DNA of 57,912 bases, counting the filler, from Sphacelaria rigidula (lineage: Eukaryota): NCBI GenBank assembly GCA_964200075.2. It is 8 parts of 8 records of this genome, joined end to end, with 100 filler letters (N's around TTAATTAATTAA, not from the genome) between each part and the next. Parts side by side here need not be neighbours in the genome. Positions count along the whole stretch, not along the records: positions 21,757 to 28,908 come from CAXNAA020016234.1; positions 29,009 to 36,159 come from CAXNAA020016235.1; positions 36,260 to 43,410 come from CAXNAA020016236.1; 5 more parts are not named here. One strand, given 5' to 3'. Both the position numbers and the translations under genes were made by a program. Below are positions 25,601 through 36,351 of the stretch, one piece after another (the stretch's first letter is position 1; every line of letters starts with the position of its first letter). The notes beneath the pieces were generated by a model, which was not told the DNA's origin, did not search any database, and worked only from the letters and a program-made list of their open reading frames with translations.

Positions 25601-28600
25601 AAGCTATCAGCCACCACTTGGAGACATCTCGCTTGCAAGCAAGTCAAGAGCACTCTTCTGCACGTGAAAGTGAGTCCCTGCTTGGCCTTACGATGCAGTG
25701 CTGGTCGGGCTCAAAGGTCTGTTGGTCACAAGTTCGGAGGTCGCTCCTTTCTACTGCGATTGTTCACTGCGGCCAACCGCTGACCCCGTGTCACCCCTGG
25801 CCTGGTGCGTTCTTTGAGAGCGACACCAGTATCACCTCGTGGCCAGACCGCAACAGTTCAGCAGCTGCGGTTAGGTGTACCTGACGAATGCGGTGTACAC
25901 GCGTGTCGACGACGATATCACCAGAGAGAAAAGCAACGACGGAGAGGAAGCTCCTCGCCCTTGTCCGTTGTGTATCCCCGCTCGGCGATTACCAAACTCT
26001 CGAGAGACTGGCATCATCGATCTTACCAGTATGTGCCCAATTTTCCATGTGTTGAAGCATCGAGCTGCGGAGAGATTTTCTCTCGTCTTACAATTGCCTG
26101 TCGAGCTCACGAATGCGAAGATCGATTTCTCTCTGCCTCTCCTTTTGCACAGGACGCGCCTCTGTGTGCCGAAAAGCATGTTGAAAAACAGGGCAATGTT
26201 CCCGTCATCGCTACCACTGTTCTCTGTCACACACATGCCAGCAAGGTGGTGGTGTGGCAATAACAGATAGATCCAATTTGAACTCAGGGGGTGTTATTCA
26301 TCGTTGATTTTCGCCGACCTCTCCCAACCGGGTGGCCGAGCAGAAGGGCGTGCCACACGCCAGTTGAGGGGGGTGCATGAGAGATCAAACACTTGTAGAG
26401 ACCTTTTCGACATGCGGAGCGAAAACAGATACGTATGGTGGTGACCTAAGTGTTGCTAGCGTGGCGCATAGGAGTCCGTCTATGCTGCAACCTGGAGCAC
26501 AGGCTGGTCGCGTGAACACTTGGGTACATTAGGAGTAGCTGTCCAGACTTATTCCGATGTGAGGAGGTCATGAACTACAAGCTGAACGAGAGTGCTCTAC
26601 CATCAACCATTTGTCGTTGCATTTGAGATCCGCTCCCGCACCACAAAAAATGTAGACCAGCACAAAGAAACAAAAGAAAGAAAGAAAGAAAAGAAAACGA
26701 CCAAAAAAACACAAAACATGAAAAACAAGGCAGAAAAAAAAAGAAAACGATGCAGTACAGTGTCCTCGAATTCCGTGACAATTCTCATGAGGAATAACAA
26801 GCAATAAACAAATAAATAAATCAAACCGACATACCCTAAGTTCAGTGCCCTCAAAAAGCCGTGAGCGTTTCCGGTGTAGTCACAGGAATCAGAAGCTCAT
26901 CCGTGGAACGGTCATGTTACCCTGCTATAACTATATTATGAAAACAGTTTACTCTTGCCGGATGTCCGATTTGTTTGAGTTCATTGGTCGAGAAACAAGC
27001 AAGCCCGCGAAGGCATTTTAGCACTCCGGTAATCAATTTCCTGCTAATCACTCGTCCCAGCCGATCAGCAAAAGTCAACAACGTACAGCTGATTTCGTCG
27101 CGTAAAAGGTAGTTTCCCGCGAAAACCATGCGTTGAGAAAAAAAAAACACGCGCGAGACAGACAATCAACCCGGTTGACGTGAGTTAACGTTCGGTACAT
27201 GTTTGTGAGAGCAATGTTTTGCTATGGACGTCTGGGTGATGAACCAGTCGTACAGCACATTTTGTTTCTTCTCACACGACGAGATACGAAAACAACCGAC
27301 CGGTTTGTGAGGTCAGGTGTCTGTATACGTCGAAAGAAACGTAGTGAAGTCAATACACAACCTTCGGGCCTACCACGTACTTCCGAGGCGGATCGCCCAA
27401 CACATTTCTGAACCACGACAAATACACAGGACAACAGAGGACCAACGCAGCCCACTCCTCACAGTATTTTCTCGTTCGGACTAAAACGAGATTGGCTCGA
27501 TCACAAACTGGAGTAAAAGCCACAGTCGATCGTACCGTCACGTTACTTCGTCCAATACTCCCTGATAAAATCAAAACACCACCGACCGATTTCAGGGGCG
27601 GATAATTGTACGCAAAAAAATGGTAAAAGTGACAGAAAGAAATAGCGAGTGGCGGACTCTGAGCCTGTAGGCTGTACCAATGGTTGAATATCGACATACG
27701 GAATGGACAGGTCCGGAAGAGCGATCTACTTTATCATGATTCGTAATGGTCCTGTATGAGGAGACGTTTGCAACCGATTATACCGCGACTCCAATGACAA
27801 TTCTTCAACACCGCTATGTTCGACGCGGTCGGTGGAAGCCCTGTTTTAACTTACCAAATACAAAGTGTAAATCATCGCGTCGCATTACCCGTGACCCTCC
27901 TATAAACGAGGTCGGTCACACGTGTGCAGGACTTGCAAAACAAATAGGCCCAAGTCTCGAGGGTCAGGAACTTGGAACACTCATGGCGAAATTCCCGACA
28001 TAGACGCAGAAACCAAAACCAAAGTAAATACAAAACCAGGGGCACGTTGTGCAACAGCGAAAACGAAATATCAGTAACATGAAGAAGAAAAACAACGCGG
28101 GTCAACCGTCCTTGTAAACGGGAGCGGTTATCGTGTGTACGAAGCAAGTAGGGTCAACAGTTTCAGCCAAGAAGGTAAAAACATTTCAGGCACTCGGCTT
28201 CGGTTACTATCGCCCATGTTAATATAAACCTGAACGTGGTACGCACAGAAAAAAGGGACACGTCACGACCGATCCCGAAGAGGGAGGCGGTATGCGTGTA
28301 CAGAGCGGCTGGGCAAGAGCGCAATTATTCCAGACGGAGGGTCAGGTGTATCTAGCGCTCGCTCCCAAAACTCTTTACCAAAAAGACAAATGAAAAAAAC
28401 AACTTGTTCCATGAAAGAAGACAAAAAGTGCGTACAACGAAGAAAGATGGGGGGGAAAATGAAGGAATAAATAACTCGTGGCAACTGTTTCAGATACGGA
28501 GTGGTCGTGAATATACGGCGCGGAGGACGGAGGTTCAAGGTTCCAGACTCGGGGGTCAGGAATGGAACGGTCGTCACTTGGTCTTTCCCAGATGAACCCA

Positions 28601-29008
28601 GAAATAACCAAGAAAAAAACAAAGACAGAAACAAAGCCAAACAAAATGACGTTAAGGCAAAAACAAAACAAGACACAATATCAGGGTCCAAGCCAAAAAA
28701 ACGAAACACAAGAAAAACAAATACCAATGATCAAATACCAAATACAAAAACACAACACGAAACACGACATACAACCACTACAGGTACCGGGCTAATCAGT
28801 ACGAAAACAAAAAATGAAGGGGGGGGGGGGGGGGGCAAAGGTTTTGCCAACCACGCCACGGGGGAGGAAAACAGACCGGAAGGGGGTAGACCACCAGAGG
28901 GGAAGGGGNNNNNNNNNNNNNNNNNNNNNNNNNNNNNNNNNNNNNNNNNNNNTTAATTAATTAANNNNNNNNNNNNNNNNNNNNNNNNNNNNNNNNNNNN
29001 NNNNNNNN

Positions 29009-32000
29009 GCCATAAACCCCCCCCCCCCGACGAGCGGCGTTTGGACCTCCCCCCCCCCCGGCGAGCGGCGTCCCGTGATGCTGCTCTGCTGACGGCGCGA
29101 CGGCAGCGGCGACGGTACTGGAATGGGCCTCGTTCCCCCCGACGATCGACATTGCCGACGACTGCAGTGATACACGCGGTACCGTCCAGACAAAGTTGTT
29201 GGTGTAGCAAACGGCACCGGTAGCAGCCTTCAGGACCTTGACCGTCGATGGAGAATGGTTACTGCCATTATTGAGGAAATGGCAGGCCACGGACTGAGCA
29301 TCCATCTTGCCTCGGCGGTTGACCCGCATCATGCCGGGTTGCAGAAACGGCACAATCTGTAGCGGCGGGCGCTTGCCGGTAAACACTTCATACGGCGACA
29401 GTCTTCCCGGGTTCGCCGTAGTAGCGGAACGATTGAACCCGTCCGCTGTCCACACCGAGGCCTCCAGCCACAGGCGCTCCATGTTCTCCCCCAGGTGAGG
29501 TATGTCGTCGAAGCGGCACTCCGGGAACAGACGTCGCGCTTCGAGACGGGCGGCACGCCCCCCTTTCATGACCCTCCAAATTGCATTTTCCACCACAGCG
29601 TTGTGCTTCGGAGTGTCAGGGGCAGTGTACTCACGACGAATCGTTGCATCGTCACAGAATGCGCCGAAATCGTTGGAGGTGAACTCGCCCCCGTTGTCCA
29701 TGTGAAAACAACCGGGGGTACCGATGGCGCTGACGTCGGCGATGAAACGTTTCACCTTCGCCACCGTGTCAGACTTACGTGCGAGGCCATAAAACATCAT
29801 AAAGCGCGACTTGCTGTCGACGCAGCCCAGCATATGGGTTGATGCGGCCAAAGTACGAGGGTGTGGACCGATGAGGTCGAGATGCACCCTGCCAAGTACA
29901 GTAGTTGCCCTCGTTCCCAGTCTTTGCGGAATACCTGCTCGCTGTCCCTTCGCTTCCAAACACCCAGCACACGGCGCCAGTACCCCCGTCAATGAAATAC
30001 CCTGTTGTTTTGCAGTTTCTCGGAGTAACGTCTCATGAATGTGGGGGAGGGACACGTGGAAAAAAAGAATGTCGACTTCTTGCGTTGGTTTTCCAACTGA
30101 AAATAGGTGAGGGCTGGGGGCAAGAACAGCAAGGGCCGTCCCGGTTTTAGCCAAAACTCCCATTCCTTCACTCAGAAAACGCGGAAGAAAATCTAGGGGG
30201 GGGGTTATGTCAAATCCAGCCATCAGGGCTTCATCCTTGAGTACACTCAAGTCTGGACAGTGAAGCCCTCGGACTGCACGGAGGGAAGCAACACCATTCG
30301 TGGGAGCTGTTACAACGCTTACCGGTGAAATGGACTGTACACACACACTTAAAGTTACCACGTTCGCCGGAGGAACGGACTGGACACGAACGCTTGGGGG
30401 AGGGGCAGTTACAACGCTTGCCGGTGAAGCGGACTGTACTCCAACACTTGAAGTTACCACGTTCGCCGGAGGAACGAACTGGACACGAACGCTTGGGGGA
30501 GGGGTAGTTACAACGCTTGCCGGTAAAGCGGACTGTACTCCAACACTTGAAGTTATCACGTTCGCCGGAGGAACGGACTGGACACGAACGCTTGGGGGAG
30601 GGGCAGTTATTATACTTACAGCTGGTACGGCAAGTGGGGGATTCTCATATGTTGACGGTAAACGAGTGGCTCTTTGTGACGAAGACCGCTCATTGCGATC
30701 AAAGCGAAGCCTACCGTCGAACATATGTACTCCTGTTTCAGTTAAGAGTACATCATGCTTCTTCTGCACTTGGTGCAGAGAAAAAAGGTTGAACTGTATA
30801 CCTTCAAGTACGTAAACGTCAGTCAATTGCACGCAAAATTCTGAGGACGCACCGACAGCTGTCGGGGCGGTGGAATTTCCTATGTGGAGTTTGAGCTTCA
30901 AACTCTCGACTGCTCTGACGGGGAGAATTGTTCCATTCCCCACAATCACGTGCTCATTTCCTCTGGGGGGGGGGGGCGTAAATCAAACATACCAACCATT
31001 GACCCAGTGGTATGGTGTGAAGCACCATCATCACTTATCGACTCCTCTGTACCATCATCCACATCAAACCCCGACCCACTCTGGTGAAGCAAAGCAACCC
31101 CCAAAGTAAAATCACCCAACTCAAAACTTGACTCGCCTCGGGACACAGAATGCGTCATGCACAGGTAAAGCGGCGCAGAGGATGCAGCTGAACCGGAGGA
31201 AGGTAGGTAGGAATCAGGTTGGGCATGATGAGGTTATTGTTACTGTTGTACTTGGTAAGGGTGTTGCAGTTGAAGTTCACCTTGCTGCGGTGATGGCTGG
31301 ATCTGGTAGTTAGTGGCAGCTGCGGAGGATTCCGGGGGGTTGCGGGGAAATTGGATACAGTGCGCGTAGCCTGCACCGCTGAAGTCGCTGCTATCTTCCA
31401 ACACCCACCCGTCTTCTTCCATTCCGTTCCACTGTTGTCCGTCGTGGCTGCTCTCTTCGTACTCCCCTTGATCACCGTAAAGTTGCACGGTGTTGACCGA
31501 TCCGTAGGAATGAGTCCAAGGGGAAGGCTGCTGTCCTCCGTGACGAGGTTGATTCTGAGCAGGATGCGCATAACGTACCCCCGAATCGACTCGCGGCGTC
31601 ACCACTCTACGCCATGAGCAAAAAGTATGCATGTGGCCCAGTTTGTCGCATGTGATGCATCGTTTACGGGGGTCGGCGTGGTGAATTGGGGGTTCGTTGC
31701 CTACAGGGCGGTATAGACCATCAGGATAAGCTGAATAGTCATATCCACCTTGCGGCGGGTCATAATACGGAAGTTGTCTGCCGGGGTGGGCATTCCCACC
31801 CCCGCGCCCCGAAGCACCGTACCTGTGACCAAATCCACGCCCTGCGCCCCATCCTCGACCTTTCGCTTGCTGCTGATGTTGCTGGGGTTGCTGGCGTTGT
31901 TGCTGGCGTTGTTGCTGCTGTTGTTGTTGCTGAGTGAGCTGCGGTGACTGGGTGAGAATCCTACCGCGTCCACCACCCCCACGACCTCCAAAACTGTCTG

Positions 32001-33188
32001 TACTTTGGTATTGCTGCTGGCAAACACCATTCCACGCACCACGATTACCACGACCTTCTTGTGCGTGCATGTTTCGTTGTGCGTGGCATTCAGAGTCATC
32101 GTGATGGGTCGTATTGTGGAAATGACAAGAAAAATATCACCCTGCTGTCGACGTCTCTTACCGCCCTGTTGTCGTCCATTTTGCAGCACGCCCACACCTC
32201 TGCCACCCCCAGTGGTAGCGACGAGCGCGTGGCCTTGTACCCCATCCTGATTCCTTCCTGCCCTACTCCTGGCCAGTTCCATCTCACCATGCGCCGCCAT
32301 CACCTTGCGCTCCAGGGTATCTGTTGTTACTTCATCGAAAGCAAGCAATAAACCACGAACGATGTCGAAGTCACTTGAAAGGCGGCGTATGTAGTGCCGA
32401 TTCGCATCTGCATCTGATATCACGACTCCAAGCCTAGTACGTTTGTACCGTATCAATTTCGCTCTATCTAGAAACATACGGGGGTCCTCTCCCAAGTTCA
32501 TGTCGAGGGTCTGCCATTCATGGTCCAACTGTGCCTTTTCGGTGGTTGGAGATACTGTGTAGTAGTCTACAACGTACTTCCATCCCTCGCTGGGGTTTCC
32601 CAGTCTCACTTGTTGTTGTGCAAGCGGAGTGAAAGTAATGTTTTCGACTAGTATGCTTCATGCTCTGCTGACCTTCCCCACCAACTCGGTCCCAAACCTC
32701 TCGATCAAATCCTGCTCATTATCAAAATGTACCCTAATTGGAAAAGATGTGTAAAGAGCCTCTTCGCAGGACTCTTGCTTAAAGTACGCTGTCATCTGTA
32801 GGTTGAAAACCACGAACTTCTCTCTTACTTCCTCACCACTCTTTGCCGTACTATCCCATGCTGCAATACTGTTATGCGAACGTACCCTCAAAATGTCAGA
32901 CTGTGCCATCTGGGCTTGACCCTGTGTATGCAGGGGTGCGTCTTGAACGTCTTGAAATGCTGCTCTAGTAGTCGTAGGTTGGAATCGCTGCTGGGGGGGC
33001 GTAGCTCTTGTTGCTGACGCGCGTGCTGCCAGGCTTGGATCCTCTTCCTGTGCTTGGCTTTGTTGTTGCAGGTCTTGTATCTGATTCGCTTGCTCCTGCA
33101 TGTATCCTGTTGGTATCTCCCTGGCCGCGTCTGGGTCGGCGCCTTGCATCTTCACGATGATGTCGTTTACTTGATTTTCGAAGTCCAT
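29009..33188 (-). mobile_element. Ty1/copia LTR retrotransposon gag-protease-integrase, inactivated
   Basis: gag starts at 33188, with a stop at 32658-32660 and a frameshift near 32130. Zinc knuckles CHFHNTTHHDDSEC and CITCDKLGHMHTFC. Stops at 31240 and 31234. Protease-like ISDDGASHHTTG with a frameshift near the G-run at ~30970. GAG-pre-integrase HVSLPH..CAGC. rve core VHLDLIGP..VDSKSR..MDNGGEF..PKHNAVVE. Confidence 0.95.
30305..30610 (-). repeat. Three in-frame 99-bp tandem repeats inside copia pol
   Basis: acaacgctt recurs at 30312, 30411 and 30510. The unit encodes the 33 aa TAPPPSVRVQSVPPANVVTSSVGVQSASPASVV. Confidence 0.95.
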
Positions 33189-33310
33189 CTTTTTTATGGC
33201 TGAATAAACCTTGAGGTTCCCTGTGCGGAGCGTAGCCTAATCGCTCGCGTAAGGGCTAAATCTCCTACTCGGCGCTGCGTGCTATGTGTAAGAAAAGGTC
33301 GTGGGACCTC

Positions 33311-33651
33311 TGTTGTTGAATTGATTCCCTTGTTGATTATGTATATTATACTCTCCATCAAAACGTAAAAATCCAGAAAAGTGCACTGCCAAAAAGGGGG
33401 GTGGTCAATCGTGAAGAGCCATTCATGTACAAAAACAACACGTCAGAACCTAATTCCTCGGCCACGCGATTGGGCGTGTGCGTCTTCAGCGGATTCTTGC
33501 TGCAACCAACAAATCGGGTATACCCTTAATAACAGAACTGTATATCTTATTTCCCCTTCACCCATATGTCATAATCCAACCACAATATCCATTTCTCAAG
33601 CTTCCAGGCCTGAGTACGTGCATCCATCATTGAGTGTGAGTATACTCGATT
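33311..33651 (-). repeat. Putative single LTR (~340 bp) between RNase H/PPT and gag
   Basis: On the minus strand it follows the purine tract gagtaggaggg and ends caacaaca, ~120 bp before the gag ATG. Boundaries are inferred; there is no second copy to confirm them. Confidence 0.5.
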
Positions 33652-34102
33652 AGCCCTCCTACTCACGGCTCAACTCTACTCAATTCCCAAGTCTCATACT
33701 CTCATATTCGATTAGTCCTCCTACTCAAGGGTTAATTCTACTCATGTCTCAAACCCCACTAGACAATACTCAATGCTATATTTTCAAGCATAAAAATTCG
33801 TCCCACCCATGTACTGACATTTGGTAATGCCATCTACTTAGCAAACTGAAATTCCTTCCTTTAGTACTTTTCCTCAATATATCACGACATACTCATGCTA
33901 TTTATCCATCCCATCACGCCTCTCAGTACTAAAAAATAATTCGAATTAAAAAACTCAAATCATTGCAAACCAAAATGTCAAAAAATTCCAGAGATATATT
34001 CAACAAAAATAGAAAAATTCATCAACCAAACGCAAAGTCGAAAACCAGTCCAGTTTCCGATATTTGCTACGGCAGCTTTTGTGGCACCCGAATTCCATTA
34101 CC

Positions 34103-34250
34103 AAAAACCATTGAAACATATTTTGTCTGCAACACAAAAAACAAATCCGGTCGTACCCGTCGAAGACCGAAATCCAACATCAAAAACCATTGAAAAATAT
34201 TTTGTCTGCAACAAAAGGAAAAATCCGGTCGAAACCGTCGAAGATAAAAT
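34103..34250. repeat. Two ~79-bp direct repeats in the copia 3' untranslated region
   Basis: aaaaccattgaaa.atattttgtctgcaaca....aaatccggtcg...ccgtcgaaga occurs twice. Confidence 0.85.
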
Positions 34251-34377
34251 AAATCATTGCAAAATTGAAAATCTTGCAACCATGGCATCGTACCCCTACT
34301 TTCCCGGGGTGGGTAAATGTTCCCGAAACAAATCAAACCAGCTCAAATCAAACCAATGTACCAGTGTCGTGCAGACT

Positions 34378-36159
34378 CTACATGATGTTTATGACAATAT
34401 TACGGTGATACTCAAAAGACTCCGTCGGCAACGCTTTAGTGAGGAAATCTGCATGTTAATACTCCGATCTCACGTGAATAACCGAAACCTCATTCCTCCC
34501 AACCAACTCCCTGATAAAATGATGCCATACGTTGATGTGCTTGGAGTTGGAGTTTGTGATTGGGTTCTTGGCCAACTGAATAGCTCCCTGATTATCCTCA
34601 AACACCGGGATGCATGGCATTCCCATCTGTGGCAACATGAAACGCCAAACCTGTCTCAAAAACGATACCGCCTTCAGAATATCTGTCATGGCAACGTACT
34701 CTGCTTCCGTTGTGGACAGTGAGTGTCGCACACTTCCGAGTCCTTGAAAACGAAGACACACATCCACCTCCACACATTACCAGCCCTCCTGATACCGACC
34801 GCCTATGAGCTGCTTTACTTGCGTAGTCTGCGTCTGCAAAAACATGAAAGCTCAACCCCTGAATACTTTATCTGCGAAAAGAAATCCCTAGCGAACTTGT
34901 TCGCCTAACATACCCCAAAATGCCAAGCGCAGCACGCCAATGAAGGTGTTTTGGTGAGGCACAGTCCCTCGCTACTGCACGTACTGCGTTAGATATGTCT
35001 GGCCTCGTTTGAGTTGCCAGCCACATCAGTGACCCTATCAACTCTCGAAACGGAAATTCCGTTGTCTGTTCTTCTACACCGAACTCTTTAAGCTTCGCAT
35101 CAACAGCGATGGGGATACTCTTTCCCCACTCTCACCAACTCTTCTGCGTATGTTGTGAAATGTTCAGAGTCCCCCTTGCAATATCTCTCTCATAGTACAG
35201 TCCAGAATACCAACGCAAATCCCCGAGGTTTTTGACTGGAACCATCGTGTTGAGATCTTCACCAAACTCGTCACATCTGTCCTTCTCTCCCACTGCGAAT
35301 ATATCATCTACATGTATTACAATGGTGATAATCACCCTGCCATCCTCAATCAACCGAACCACACATGAATCCGCCAAGCACTGATCAAATCCCAAGACAA
35401 ATAAACATTCCGCCAGATGATTATGCCACTGCCTACTTGGCTGTTTCAGTCCGTACAAACATTTATTGAGTCTTATCATTTTACCAGATAAGCTACCACA
35501 ACCAAGTGGCAACCGCATGAAAACATCCTCGTCCAACTCAGACTGTACAAAAGCTTGTTCGATGTCAAAGTGGCGCAACGCAAGATTTTGCTCAGAAGCA
35601 ACAGTCGCCAACAAACGTACGCTAAACACTGCTACAGTGGGGGCATACAACTCTCCAAAATGTATGTTCTCCCTCTGCATATCTCCTCTTGCTACTAGTC
35701 TCGACTTCATCTTCGTGGGCCATCCAAACTCGTCCGTCTTCCAGTTATATACCCACTTTGCTTGGATATAGTTGTCAACGAGTTGCTCTTCCGCTGAGTC
35801 TATCATCTCCACCTCCAGAATTCCCCGCCATTCCCGCCCCATCGAGTCCCTCCATGAATCACCGTACTCCGAGCGCACCGCCTGCGTGTATCCGTTGGGG
35901 ACCTTGAGATCCTTGCTGGACAATGTGGGAGTTCCGGTGGGATGTGCGGCGGGCGCTGCTCACGCAAAACGGTATCTATATCTTCACGCGTCGCCAGCCT
36001 CGTCACGAGCCACATCGGTATCCCCCCGGGTACCCCTTTCTCAACATCGTTGCCCTGTCGCCCGGCATCAACCACGCCGCGCGTGAGGAGAGCAGACAGC
36101 AAAGATCGCTTATCCAACTGCTGCATGAGTCCCCAGCTGTGGTGCAAGAGTGCAGCCTT
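34378..36159 (-). mobile_element. Ty1/copia reverse transcriptase and RNase H, frameshifted
   Basis: RVT_2 motifs KWVYNWK..KSRLVARGD, HFDIEQAFV, LYGLKQ, IHVDDI. RNase H motifs FADADYA..RRSVSG, LSTTEAEYVA, FEDNQGAI..SKHINVWHHFIRE. Several frameshifts and a stop at 34456. Confidence 0.96.
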
Positions 36160-36351
36160 NNNNNNNNNNNNNNNNNNNNNNNNNNNNNNNNNNNNNNNNN
36201 NNNTTAATTAATTAANNNNNNNNNNNNNNNNNNNNNNNNNNNNNNNNNNNNNNNNNNNNCCCTCTTCCCCCCCCCGCCGCTTCTCCGCCCCCATGGGCAA
36301 AACCCAAAGGCAAGCAAAAAAAGAGTCCGCCCCCCCCCCCCCCCTCACCCC

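Noticed and set aside
30305-30610. CRISPR-like array
   Set aside because: Contiguous 99-bp coding units without unique spacers, in a eukaryotic retrotransposon.
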